This document shows positions 40,172 through 50,247 of a DNA stretch of 64,000 nucleotides, piece by piece. Numbering within the stretch: the first letter of the stretch is position 1; each line of letters starts with the position of its first letter. The stretch covers positions 928,001 to 992,000 of the forward strand of contig OZ253665.1 in NCBI GenBank assembly GCA_965263295.1. Reading direction: 5' to 3'. The notes under the pieces were generated by a model that saw only the letters and a list, made by a program, of their open reading frames with translations, searched no databases and was not told the origin of the DNA. A program made the position numbers and the translations under genes. This DNA comes from Spirochaetia bacterium (GTDB taxonomy: Bacteria > Spirochaetota > Spirochaetia > SP-2023).

Positions 40172-41287
40172 CTAAGTCTTGCCGCTAACGCGCTGAATTC
40201 TGGCCCTCAAGTCACGTAACGCTTGCGAATCAATCTTCTGCTCAGAATTAGCTTTTTCCACAATGGACAGGTCTTCACTAGACTTGTTGCGGTCAAATGT
40301 ATCTATTTTTTGTTTCTGCTTGTCAAGCAAGATTTCCGGCAAGGCCAAGTTTTTTCCGACCAAAGGATGCTGCTCCGGGATGTAACAAGTATTTTCAATG
40401 CCAGAGGGCATAAAGGGCGTAATCATGTTACTGATATATTCTGTGTGACCCAAGAACAACCAGCCATCCTTTGCCAAAACCTCATGAAATTTTTGGACAA
40501 CTCTTTCTTGGACTGTCGGATGGAAATAGATCAACACATTGCGGCAGAAAATGATGTCAAATGGAGTCGGAGCTAACCCCGTATAAGTCCCGTTACAGAG
40601 ATTGTGGTGACGAAATTCAACATTTTTGCGCACAGAATCAACAACATGAAATAACGGCTCATTGGTCTGATACCTCTCGTAGAGATCATGATTCCCGACC
40701 ACAACTTTATCGAGCATCAACTTTGACGGCGATTGGGCAATTATGCGCTGCACATCGTCCGCTTGCAATTGTTGCATGTATTTCCCCTGCAGCTCAATGG
40801 GCAACTTGTGAACCCGCCGGCCCGGATATATTCCCTGTTTGGCAATATTCAGACAAGTATCACTAATATCTGTCGCCAGAATATTTAATTTCAGGCCTGC
40901 AGCCAAGCTGTCAAGAAGCATGGCCAACGTATACGGTTCCTCACCTGTAGAACAACCAGCACTCCAAATGCGCAAGCTCCTGCGACCACTGGAGAGCAAG
41001 CTAGGCAATACATGTTTCTCAATCGTCTCATAATGAGAGGGCTCGCGATAAAAATAAGAAAGATTTGTGGTCACAAAGTCAAGAAAATCATTAAAGAGAA
41101 CTTTATTTCCAAGCAATTGATCATAAAATTCCTGCGCTGAACTTAGTCCCAGCAATTTAATTTTGGCTGAAATCCTCTGCTCTAAAACCTTCTGCGAATT
41201 GGCAGGAAAATAGATACCCGCCTTTTGGTGTAATAACTCATTGAAACGATCCAAAACAAATTGGGAAATCATATTTTTTTCCAGCAT
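40172..41287 (-). CDS. cheR: Chemotaxis methyltransferase CheR
   Basis: TTNLSYFYRE, RIWSAGCSTGEEPYT, ATDIS, FDIIFCRNVLIYF and GWLFLGHTE. Confidence 0.93.
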   Translation of the reverse strand: MLEKNMISQFVLDRFNELLHQKAGIYFPANSQKVLEQRISAKIKLLGLSSAQEFYDQLLGNKVLFNDFLDFVTTNLSYFYREPSHYETIEKHVLPSLLSSGRRSLRIWSAGCSTGEEPYTLAMLLDSLAAGLKLNILATDISDTCLNIAKQGIYPGRRVHKLPIELQGKYMQQLQADDVQRIIAQSPSKLMLDKVVVGNHDLYERYQTNEPLFHVVDSVRKNVEFRHHNLCNGTYTGLAPTPFDIIFCRNVLIYFHPTVQERVVQKFHEVLAKDGWLFLGHTEYISNMITPFMPSGIENTCYIPEQHPLVGKNLALPEILLDKQKQKIDTFDRNKSSEDLSIVEKANSEQKIDSQALRDLRARIQRVSGKT

Positions 41288-41356
41288 ATAGGTTTGACAA
41301 AATAAAAATGTACTATCGCTATTAAATAATAAAAAATTTATGGCTAGAATAATTTA

Positions 41357-42694
41357 TTAACTGGTTAATATGTTTAAAAGTTGGCGGAATTTCGGCGGAG
41401 TCGGGGCTTGGGCATGGATTGCACGTCCGTCCCGCGGATGGTCAAAATCCAGGCGGAAAGCATGCAGCATTAGGTTGAATTTATCATTAGTCCAGTTTAA
41501 TCTAGATCCCCACAATTCCGCAAGTCCTTGGTCTAACTGACGTCTGCCGTAGATCGGATCGCCAACAATCGGACAACCCAAGTGCTTCAAGTGTACACGC
41601 AGCTGGTGGGTTCGTCCGGTTCTAGGACGCAGTCGCAGCAGACTAAAGACTTGCTGCTTGTCCGGCCATCTTTGCAGATTTGGGCCACTGTGTTGCCAGC
41701 TGTTGATTAGCTGGTAATCAGTCACGGCAGAGCGGATGCGACCACTGGCGCCTGTTTGCTTAGAACCATCTGGCAGTTCTCTGTAATCACAGGCGGCATA
41801 AGATTTTTGCAGTTCTTCATGACGCAACACTTGGCTGCCAAGGCGGTCAATCCAGCGAGACGCCGGGTAGGTGGTGTAGCGCTGTGGCGCCTGCGGATCG
41901 CGTATTAAAGGCAGCTCAAGGCGGCCTGTAGTTTTAGGCGGACAGCCGTGCACGATAGCGTAATAAATCTTTTGCACCTGACGTCGGGCAAACTGCTGGC
42001 TCAGCAGTTGTAGGCTCCAGGTATTGCGCGCCACCAACAAAACGCCGGTGGTATCTTTGTCCAGGCGGTGGACAATGCCGGGCCGAAAATCTGGATCAGA
42101 TTTTTCATCTATACTGATAGCAAAATTTTGTAATAAATCCGGATAACGAGCGATCAACCCCTGTACCAGGCTGGCCTCGTGTAAGCTGACTGCGCCATGC
42201 ACAGCCAAACCTTGAGGTTTATTCAACAGTACCAAGTCTTGATCTTCAAAAAGAATATCCAGGCTCATCGGTACAGCGACTTTGGCATCGAAAGTTTGGG
42301 GTAACTGCCAACAAATACGCAGCTCCTCGCCATTTTCTACCGGGTGAGAGAACTTGAGTTTATCCTGACCTCGAAACACCTCGACATTTAGGCGTTTAAG
42401 CTGACTGCGGGTTTCCAGGCCTTGCAGCTTCAGACTACATACATACTGGTCCAATCTCATGTTGGCTTGTCTGTCACTCAAAATTCTTGCTTGCTGGCGC
42501 TCCAAGCTTTGCTGTCGATGTTGTTGTTCAAGTATCTCAGTTTGTTTTTTGGCTTTATTGTGGGGAAGCTCCCGCCGAGCGTGGCTGGACGGCTGCGTCG
42601 CCTTGACTTTTTGCTCCAACTTTTGCCGGGCTCTTTGCCGATTCTGCTGGAGCTCTCGTTTCGATAAATTCACTCTCACGTAATATTCTCTCAC
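41357..42694 (-). CDS. RluA/RluD-family pseudouridine synthase
   Basis: NKPQGLAVH, RPGIVHRLDKDTTG, TGRTHQLRVH, PIVGDPIYG and LHA. Confidence 0.92.
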   Translation of the reverse strand: MREYYVRVNLSKRELQQNRQRARQKLEQKVKATQPSSHARRELPHNKAKKQTEILEQQHRQQSLERQQARILSDRQANMRLDQYVCSLKLQGLETRSQLKRLNVEVFRGQDKLKFSHPVENGEELRICWQLPQTFDAKVAVPMSLDILFEDQDLVLLNKPQGLAVHGAVSLHEASLVQGLIARYPDLLQNFAISIDEKSDPDFRPGIVHRLDKDTTGVLLVARNTWSLQLLSQQFARRQVQKIYYAIVHGCPPKTTGRLELPLIRDPQAPQRYTTYPASRWIDRLGSQVLRHEELQKSYAACDYRELPDGSKQTGASGRIRSAVTDYQLINSWQHSGPNLQRWPDKQQVFSLLRLRPRTGRTHQLRVHLKHLGCPIVGDPIYGRRQLDQGLAELWGSRLNWTNDKFNLMLHAFRLDFDHPRDGRAIHAQAPTPPKFRQLLNILTS

Positions 42695-43220
42695 GGCTCT
42701 TCCTTTCTTTGTGGCGCTTACCCAAGTGTATGGCCATATCGATCACGGCGAGGAGGCCGCTGATACTGACACTGATTCCGATTTTTTGCAGGATATCCTG
42801 TTCGCTGCCAGCTGTAGTCAGGCTATCAATATTCGGATCATTGATGCTGTAAACGACGTCATAGGCCAAAGAGCTGAATAATAGAGCTAGCGGGACGGAA
42901 CCGATGAGTATCACTTCAAAGCGGCGAACATCGCGGAGAAATACGGGAAACTCGTCCTGGGCATAGGGTACTGGCTTGAAATTTTCCTCGTTATTGTTTT
43001 GTGCAGCCAGAGTTACGAGTAGGGCCTGTCTACCGTTTAAGGCACAGGAGCCGACCGGAGGCAGAACGAGTAAAAGCCCTAATAATACAGGCAAGCGGGG
43101 CCGAAATACGTTGATACAGGCTCTGCTTCTCGGCCAGAATCGAGCCGCAAGTACAAATCCCATACCACTTATTTTAGCACAATCAATGGCAAAATAATAG
43201 ACTACCGATGCGCAGCACAT
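42555..43220 (-). CDS. Hypothetical membrane protein
   Basis: PY..DEFP...RDVRRFEVI..GSVP motif, as seen in spirochaete hypotheticals; overlaps neighbouring ORF ends, so boundaries are uncertain. Confidence 0.6.
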   Translation of the reverse strand: MCCASVVYYFAIDCAKISGMGFVLAARFWPRSRACINVFRPRLPVLLGLLLVLPPVGSCALNGRQALLVTLAAQNNNEENFKPVPYAQDEFPVFLRDVRRFEVILIGSVPLALLFSSLAYDVVYSINDPNIDSLTTAGSEQDILQKIGISVSISGLLAVIDMAIHLGKRHKERKSRERILRESEFIETRAPAESAKSPAKVGAKSQGDAAVQPRSAGASPQ

Positions 43221-43956
43221 TGGCTCCTTCGGCTAAAGCTTCGCGATAGTCGCTGCTCATGCCCATGGATAGTTCAAAACATTCCCGCTGATGCCCCGCA
43301 CTTTGCGTTGGCGGATAGTCACACCACAGGCGCTCGGCCAGCCGGCGGCAAGAGGCAAAGGCGCGACGTGTCGCCGCTTCATTGGCGTTGGCAGCCCCCA
43401 TGCACATCAAGCCCCGCAGTCGCAACAGGCTACCGGACCCCAACAGTTCGTCGAGTAGTTGGCACAACTCATCATATTCGCGGCAGCCGTTTTTCTGCTT
43501 CTCGCCACTAGCGTTATACTGAAAGTATAAATCCAAAGGCTCTGTCCGGTCTCGTCCTGCTACGGCTTTCGCCAGGCGGCGCAGAAGTTTAACACTGGAG
43601 ACGCTGTGCAGGGCGCAGAATAACTCAGTCGCCTTGCTCGCCTTGTTACTCTGCAGGGCACCGATCATTTCCAGCCGCACACGGCGAGCGACAAACTGTG
43701 GCCTTTGAGCGTAATATTGTTCCAGTTCTAGCTGGCGCTGAGCTGCGCCCTGGACGTAATTCTCTCCGAGGTTGGGCAGGTCAAGTTGTGCCGCCTCGAG
43801 CTGTGGTGTACGCCGGTGGAGGTAGTCAAGGGCACTGTAGATATCTTCGCAACTTTGGTATTTGCTGACCAGCAGTATACGCACGGAGTCTCGTCGCTGT
43901 CGTGTGGCGGCTGCGATATCAAAAGCCACTTGTTCGTAGCGTTCGGCTAAAAACAT
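43183..43956 (-). CDS. yggS: PLP homeostasis protein (YggS family)
   Basis: LLVSKY, LGENYVQ, IGALQSNKA, GLMCMG, LSMGMSSDY and LRIGS. Confidence 0.92.
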   Translation of the reverse strand: MFLAERYEQVAFDIAAATRQRRDSVRILLVSKYQSCEDIYSALDYLHRRTPQLEAAQLDLPNLGENYVQGAAQRQLELEQYYAQRPQFVARRVRLEMIGALQSNKASKATELFCALHSVSSVKLLRRLAKAVAGRDRTEPLDLYFQYNASGEKQKNGCREYDELCQLLDELLGSGSLLRLRGLMCMGAANANEAATRRAFASCRRLAERLWCDYPPTQSAGHQRECFELSMGMSSDYREALAEGANVLRIGSLLFCH

Positions 43957-43966
43957 GGCCGGTAAT

Positions 43967-45421
43967 TTAAGAAGGCAGGTAATATTCGCGTAGCAGCCTC
44001 TGCAGCGATAGATAATCGCTCACGGCCACAGTTTCTTGCAGGCTGTGCATGGCATACATTGGCAGGCCAATATCGACACCGCGCAGCCCCAGCTGACTCG
44101 CCAGGATCGGACCAATCGTAGAGCCCGTCGGTCTATCGGAGCGCGGTACGGCATTTTGCAGCGGGCAGTTGGATTTTTGGGCAATGGCACGAATCCGCGC
44201 AATACTAAAAGGTTCGCTAATATAACTGGCGCCGTTTGGCAACTTCAGGGCCGGACCGGCACCCATTTTCAGATCGTATGCTGGATCAAAGGCTTCGGGG
44301 TAAGACGGATGGCTGGCATGGGCTCCGTCAAGGGAGAGAAGGAATGCCGCCGACAGGCTGCGGGCCCAAGCCTCACTCAATTCGACCTCGTCTTTTAAGC
44401 GCGGCTCTTTTCCCTGCGCGTACTGGATCACAATGCGTCGCAGCACAGTCGCGACAAAGTTTGAAGCTGCCCCTTCATAAGTGCGACTGCCAACTTCCTC
44501 GCCATTACACAGAATGGCGACAGGCCAGCTGCGCGGGACTTTGCCCTGGCGCTTGAGCTGACACATTTCGTCCAACAATAAATAGACCATGCTCATATCA
44601 TCGAGGCGAGAGCCGCTGAGCAGTTCATCATCGAGACCGAGCCGAGTCGGCCTTTCGCTATGGCACAGTTGCAGTTCGCAGACTTCATCGTCGGCCAGAC
44701 CAAATTTCTGACGCAGCAACCGGGCGGCGTCTTGCCCTGCATCCTCTCTGCGGACTGGCTCCCGACCGAAAATCGCTTTCAGCTGGGTTTGCGGATTGTA
44801 ACCCAGTTTGGTGTTCACTTCTCGGTTCAGATGAATCGCCAGGTTGGGCACGATGGCAACTGCCTTGCCGTCGCAGACGTGCACATGGCGCAGTTGACTT
44901 TGTTCGCCGTTGCAACGCACGGCAATACCGGCGACCGAAAGGCTGCGGTCACAGTGGCTTGCAAAAATCGGGCTGCCATATACTGCGACATGACAAACCA
45001 GTACCCCGCGCTCAAAGTGTGCACTTTCCAGTTTCAGCTTGAGGCCGGGACTGTCGGTGTGGGCGCCGGCCAAGCGCAGGCCGCCCGGGGCGCTTGCGGC
45101 CGGCTCGCTTGCCGAAGTGTCCTCAGAATTGTGCCGTGGATTACTCCAAGAATCACGCCAAGAATCACGCCATGGTGCTTCCGAACCGCAGATCCAGGCA
45201 ATCAAACTCCCGCCACGCAGACAAAAAAATCCCTGGCCAGACTGTGCTGTGCGCAAGGCGGCCCAAGAGTCCTGTTCGGATAATGGCTGAAAGCCGGCCT
45301 CCAACAACAGGATTCGGGCTTGTTCGACAGCGTGAAAAGGCGTGGGACTGGCGTGCAAAAAATCACATAAAGCATTGATTGTGGATTGATCATGTACATC
45401 TTGAGGAGGCTTGCGACCCAT
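43967..45421 (-). CDS. M18 family aspartyl aminopeptidase
   Basis: SPTPFHAV, AHTDSP, AIHLNR, RLDD, EEVGS, HASHP, GSTIGP and MHS. Confidence 0.92.
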   Translation of the reverse strand: MGRKPPQDVHDQSTINALCDFLHASPTPFHAVEQARILLLEAGFQPLSEQDSWAALRTAQSGQGFFCLRGGSLIAWICGSEAPWRDSWRDSWSNPRHNSEDTSASEPAASAPGGLRLAGAHTDSPGLKLKLESAHFERGVLVCHVAVYGSPIFASHCDRSLSVAGIAVRCNGEQSQLRHVHVCDGKAVAIVPNLAIHLNREVNTKLGYNPQTQLKAIFGREPVRREDAGQDAARLLRQKFGLADDEVCELQLCHSERPTRLGLDDELLSGSRLDDMSMVYLLLDEMCQLKRQGKVPRSWPVAILCNGEEVGSRTYEGAASNFVATVLRRIVIQYAQGKEPRLKDEVELSEAWARSLSAAFLLSLDGAHASHPSYPEAFDPAYDLKMGAGPALKLPNGASYISEPFSIARIRAIAQKSNCPLQNAVPRSDRPTGSTIGPILASQLGLRGVDIGLPMYAMHSLQETVAVSDYLSLQRLLREYYLPS

Positions 45422-45520
45422 TCAATAAACTCCAAACTATAAATAAAAAAACAAGACCAGGCTGGAGCGGACTCACAAAAACCTGGCCTGCAGTTTCAAG
45501 GTAAGCTAAATTTCCGCAGC

Positions 45521-46213
45521 CTAGTCCCGGCGACCAAAGATCAACAAGATGCGGATGAACAAACCAATAAAAGTGATGTAAAGCGAAAAGGCCGCGATGA
45601 TGCTGATACGCAGAAAGCTGGCTCCATCAGCCTGATTCATCTCGCGGGCCATTTGTTTGAGTTGCTGGGTTTGGAAAGCTGTCAACAGCACATAAATCAA
45701 CACGGCGGCATAGTTGATTAACATGCTCATGCCACTGGAACGCATGAACATGTTGACCACTGAGGCAATGATGATACCGATCAGGCCCATGATCAGATAA
45801 GATCCCATGCCGCTGAGGTCTCTTTTAGTAGTGCTCCCATAGACCGCCATAGCCGCAAAAGTCCCGGCAGCGACAAAAAAAGCGCTATAAATTACCGATT
45901 GGGCAAAGGCCTTGAAAACCCAGGCCAGCAGCATGCCTTCCAAAACGGCGTACAGCGCATATAAAAGGGTGGCCGCGTTAGTGCTGAACTTCATGACCAT
46001 GTTGGGCAAGAACCAAGTCAAGGCCAAGGTTGCGACGACCAAGACGAGATAGCTACCGCCCTGAAGGTAGTAATATAGAGGGGAGTTAGCTGTTAGATAC
46101 GCTGTCAGACCTGTAATAACCAAGGCCAGACACATCCAGGTATAGACATTGCGCAGAAAGTTCTGCTCCATCGTCCTAACCCGGCTTAGATTGAGATCGA
46201 GCGGGTTACTCAT
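45521..46213 (-). CDS. Bax inhibitor-1/YccA family membrane protein
   Basis: FLRNVYTWM, YGSTTKRDLS.MG, SLYITFI; seven hydrophobic helices; GGAGG RBS. Confidence 0.9.
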   Translation of the reverse strand: MSNPLDLNLSRVRTMEQNFLRNVYTWMCLALVITGLTAYLTANSPLYYYLQGGSYLVLVVATLALTWFLPNMVMKFSTNAATLLYALYAVLEGMLLAWVFKAFAQSVIYSAFFVAAGTFAAMAVYGSTTKRDLSGMGSYLIMGLIGIIIASVVNMFMRSSGMSMLINYAAVLIYVLLTAFQTQQLKQMAREMNQADGASFLRISIIAAFSLYITFIGLFIRILLIFGRRD

Positions 46214-47010
46214 TTGAAACCTCCTTTGAAATCCGTTTCAGGTGTTACCTTTCTTTAATATAGCCATCTAGTCCAATTTAGGCAAGGGCTCAGACGTGAG
46301 AAAATGATTTTAGACTTTACATTTAAATAAATTATATAACTTGTGAAAAAATCCATATTTTGCACAATCCTTGAAATAATCGTGAAGCCAGACTCTTTAA
46401 AACTGCTTAATGCTGACAAAACCCTGTTTGCCACATCTCGGCTCCGACACAGCACTCAGCCCAGGTTGCAATCTGATGTTGCTGAGAGCAAAGCATAGTT
46501 GAGAATTGGTAGGTTAATATGCAACTTTTACTCCTTTCGGCAGGCAACACACATGATGGTGTGAAGGATTAAAGTCATTGCCTAAAGGGCAGATTTGTCT
46601 AAAGCTGATTACGGTAATATAGAAAAATACTGTTGTCTTCTATTGAGAATGTGAAAAAAATACGCCAACAATATCCTAAATTCTTTACCTGAAGAATTGA
46701 AGAGCGAGTCCCGTGATGAATACAATGTTATAAAGTAGATTTCAAACAAATTGAAAGCTGTAGATATCTAGAGCAATTGGCTTTCTGAAATAAATGTAAT
46801 GCTTGCAATTAGATATGAACAGGCTCCAGAAACACTAGACCTTGTGTTTTAAATTGGCCGCGCGAAATTATGGAAGGGCTTAAAAAAGGCAATCTTCTAT
46901 AAAGATTACATGAGACGACTGAAAAGTGTCAATCAGCTAAACATCAACCATTGAACACTTTATCCCTTAAATTATCTTTACATAGCGACAATTTAAAGGA
47001 CGTAATATAA

Positions 47011-47097
47011 CGGAGAGAGAGGGATTCGAACCCTCGGTACCCTTGCGAGTACAACTCCTTAGCAGGGAGCCCGATTCAACCGCTCTCGCATCTCTCC
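47011..47097 (-). tRNA. tRNA-Ser (GCT)
   Basis: GGAGAGA acceptor stem, CT-GCT-AA anticodon loop, long variable arm, GTTCGAATC; CCA not encoded. Confidence 0.96.
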
Positions 47098-47143
47098 GAT
47101 GGCAAAATGCACAGAAAAACTGCGCAGTAAAACTGCACTAGCT

Positions 47144-47228
47144 CGGAGAGAGTGGGATTCGAACCCACGGTAGGTTGCCCTACGCTGGTTTTCAAGACCA
47201 GAGCCTTCAACCACTCGGCCATCTCTCC
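47144..47228 (-). tRNA. tRNA-Ser (TGA)
   Basis: Anticodon arm CTGGT-CTTGAAA-ACCAG, long variable arm, GTTCGAATC; CCA not encoded. Confidence 0.96.
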
Positions 47229-47251
47229 CTGCATTTGCAGTACGCAGCGTC

Positions 47252-47280
47252 AATGTATCGGTTTTAATTTTTGGCGTCAA
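47252..47280 (-). promoter_or_regulatory. Sigma70 promoter of the tRNA-Ser pair
   Basis: TTGACG-N17-TACATT on the minus strand. Confidence 0.65.
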
Positions 47281-47460
47281 GTGCTGGTGTGCAGAATCCT
47301 GCCATTTTGTGACCGAAACGCTTAAGGGCTTGCCAGTAGACGCAGAGTGGCAAACAGGCTAGGATTATGTTTTGACCTTAAATATCAGATGCATTTCATG
47401 GCTTGTTTCATATATAGCTTGCCTAATTAATGCGGCCCTAATTTACGAGGAATAATCCCC

Positions 47461-48114
47461 ATGAGTCAAACACTCAATACTATCAATGTGGTGAGTTCTA
47501 AATATCCCATCGTCACGGAAGTCCAACGGCCAGAAGAATGGCTGCAAATCATCCCCAAACTGCGCTTGCTAACCCTGGAATCAGAACAGGATGAAGCGGA
47601 CTTGCACCGCAGATCTCAAGTGGTCAAAATATTTGGCAAGGAGTTAGAGCAATTTTGCCAAGCCATGGTTGAGCACATGCACAACGAACGTGGCATTGGT
47701 CTGGCAGCTCCACAAATGGGTGTATTTCAACGCATTTTTGTCTCGCAAACCTGTGAAGAGGCCGCCCCTCTAATTGTAATCAACCCTGAAATCCGGCCGG
47801 CGAGCGACGACAAAGAATCCAACGAGGAGGGATGCCTGAGCGCGCCGGGCATTTATGCAGAGGTTGAACGCTGGGCTGCGATCGACATCAAAGCGCAGGA
47901 TCCTTATGGCCAGACTTTTGAGTTCCAACTTGAAGGTTTGGATTCCATTTGCTTCCAACATGAAAACGACCATTTAGATGGCATTCTATTTACCGACTAT
48001 CTAAAACGTAGCCAAGTGAAGAAAATACACCAATACTTTGCCGAATTGCGCTTACAAGACTCCCAAGGTCCAGTTGGTCCAGTTCGACAGAGCAAAAGTG
48101 AAGACGATAATTAA
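47461..48114 (+). CDS. def: Peptide deformylase
   Basis: GIGLAAPQMG, EGCLS and QHENDHLDG. Confidence 0.96.
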   Translation: MSQTLNTINVVSSKYPIVTEVQRPEEWLQIIPKLRLLTLESEQDEADLHRRSQVVKIFGKELEQFCQAMVEHMHNERGIGLAAPQMGVFQRIFVSQTCEEAAPLIVINPEIRPASDDKESNEEGCLSAPGIYAEVERWAAIDIKAQDPYGQTFEFQLEGLDSICFQHENDHLDGILFTDYLKRSQVKKIHQYFAELRLQDSQGPVGPVRQSKSEDDN

Positions 48115-48117
48115 CTT

Positions 48118-49200
48118 ATGCTACGCATTGTATTTGCAGCCACCCCCGAACTGGCCTGCCCCAGTCTAGAGGCCCTGCAGCAGGCCAGCGCGGCCGGCCA
48201 AATCGAAATTGCAGGAATCCTGACGCAGCCAGACCGGCCCGCCGGGCGCAAACGCCAACTAAAGCCCAGCCCCATCAAAGTCAGAGCGTTAGAGTTAGGT
48301 CTGGAACCTCGAAGCATACTTTGTGCGCAAAAACTAGACGCCGAGCTGCAGTCAAAGTTGGCTGCGATGCACCCCGATCTACTGGCAGTCTTTGCCTACG
48401 GAAAAATTTTGCCCCAAGTCCTGCTCAATCTTTTCCCGCTAGGGGGTATCAATTTACACCCTTCGGCTCTGCCGCAATGGCGCGGCCCCAGCCCGATTGA
48501 AGCCCAGTTGCTCAGCGGCGCAGAACAACTGGCAATCAGCGTGCAGCGCATCTCGCTGCAGATGGACGCCGGCGATATCTTGCGCCAGGAGTTCTACCCT
48601 CTGCCCGATGAAGCCAATTATTTTGTCGCCGCCCAGATCGCCGCAGCGCAGGGCGCAGCCCTACTCCGCCAGACTTGTGAGCAGATTGCCGCGAAAGGTC
48701 AGAACTACTTAAATAGCGCCACGGCCCAGAAGCACAGCGAGGCATCATACTGCCCCAAAATTCGCAAAGAAGATGGACGGCTGAACTGGCAATCCAGCGC
48801 TCTGCAGCTCGGCCGCCAGTGCCGCGCTTACGCCGCCTGGCCCAAGGCCCATAGCTGGTTGCGCTGGCCTAACGAAAATAGTCCACGCCAGGTAAATATT
48901 CTGCAAGCTGCAGTGTGGGCGGGGCAAAGTTCAGCACTGGAAAGTTTTATTCAACACAATCAGGCGCGGCCGGGGCAATTGCTAACTTTGCATCCCGAAG
49001 ACGGCCTCCTGGTTTTGACAGGCCAGGGTATTTTGGCCATTCGTCAACTGCAACGCCAGGGCAAAAAATCCTGTAATGCCAAAGATTTTGCCAATCAGTT
49101 AAATTTGCCTAAATGGCGACAAATTGAGCAAAATAATGGTAGATGCTCGGCATATAAACACCTGTTTTGCTTTTGTGACATAGATCCTGTCGCGCAATAG
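48118..49200 (+). CDS. fmt: Methionyl-tRNA formyltransferase
   Basis: TQPDRPAGR, AYGKIL, NLHPSALPQWRGPSPI and MDAGDI; directly follows def. Confidence 0.95.
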   Translation: MLRIVFAATPELACPSLEALQQASAAGQIEIAGILTQPDRPAGRKRQLKPSPIKVRALELGLEPRSILCAQKLDAELQSKLAAMHPDLLAVFAYGKILPQVLLNLFPLGGINLHPSALPQWRGPSPIEAQLLSGAEQLAISVQRISLQMDAGDILRQEFYPLPDEANYFVAAQIAAAQGAALLRQTCEQIAAKGQNYLNSATAQKHSEASYCPKIRKEDGRLNWQSSALQLGRQCRAYAAWPKAHSWLRWPNENSPRQVNILQAAVWAGQSSALESFIQHNQARPGQLLTLHPEDGLLVLTGQGILAIRQLQRQGKKSCNAKDFANQLNLPKWRQIEQNNGRCSAYKHLFCFCDIDPVAQ

Positions 49201-49307
49201 ATAAATGCTTGGTAAGCCAACAGTCTACAGGCTGGCCCTAGACCCTATCTCATTTCTGATTATAGTGTAGGGCTCAATAACTAAGTCCCCAATTTACAGA
49301 GGATTGT

Positions 49308-50063
49308 ATGCCATCCAAAACGCGATCACCTAAGCAATCACCTAAGCACTCATCAAAGCGGCACCCAGAGTCTTGCGACGAAGTCCCGAATAGCCCGGAT
49401 ACGCTCAGTACCGACTTGCCTGCCGTCAGCGGCGAGGCCGTATTCTGGACGGGCTTTGGATTTATTGTGCTGTGTCTGGCTCTGGTTTTGTTTACCGTGG
49501 CGGTGTTATTTTTCTTTTCAGTACACAAAAAAGAAGTCGTGATTGTGCCGCAGGTGGCGGGAGAACCCTTGATCAATGCCCTGATTGAACTGCAAGAAAA
49601 GCATCTGGTGCCCAAAGTCCTGCTCAAGATATCCAACGAGAGCGGCGATGCCGGCACTATTTTGTACCAAAGCCCCGCACCTGGGGCCAAGGTCGTGATT
49701 GGACGAGAGGTAGTGCTGACTGTCAGCAAGGGCAACCTAATCGACAAAGTCCCCAATTACATTGGTGAGCAGCTGTATAAAATCCAGAGTGATGTCAACA
49801 ATCTGAAATATGTTTTCAGCAAGTTACAAATTGGCCAGGTTCATTACGTTGCGCGAGCGGATGTCCCGCAGGGCAGCATCCTTGCCCAAAAGCCGCAACC
49901 CGGCAGCCGACTTACCACACCTTTAATCCTTGAACTGTGGGTCAGTGCCCCCGGCGAGCCGAACAGTGGTACTTTACCTGGCGAGCCCCAAAGCCAAAAC
50001 TTGAGCGGGACCCCCAAAAATACAAATGCAAATTCAAATACAAATTTAAGGGCGACTGGGTGA
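49308..50063 (+). CDS. Membrane-anchored PASTA-domain protein
   Basis: Transmembrane helix followed by two VP.v.G...GTILYQSP.PG...LTVS repeats. Confidence 0.85.
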   Translation: MPSKTRSPKQSPKHSSKRHPESCDEVPNSPDTLSTDLPAVSGEAVFWTGFGFIVLCLALVLFTVAVLFFFSVHKKEVVIVPQVAGEPLINALIELQEKHLVPKVLLKISNESGDAGTILYQSPAPGAKVVIGREVVLTVSKGNLIDKVPNYIGEQLYKIQSDVNNLKYVFSKLQIGQVHYVARADVPQGSILAQKPQPGSRLTTPLILELWVSAPGEPNSGTLPGEPQSQNLSGTPKNTNANSNTNLRATG

Positions 50064-50247
50064 ATCCTGGCATGAATTAAAGCATGGTTTAGTCTGGAAA
50101 ATTAGAAACTGCCAGCCCCTCGCGCCAGTCTTGATCCGCACCTTTTCTCGCACCTTGTCTAAAACACACAACCCGTTGAACAACAGGGGCGTTTAAGCTA
50201 TTTTTTTCAGCGGCTTTGAGCTTCAGACTTAAAGGAGCAGCAAATCC

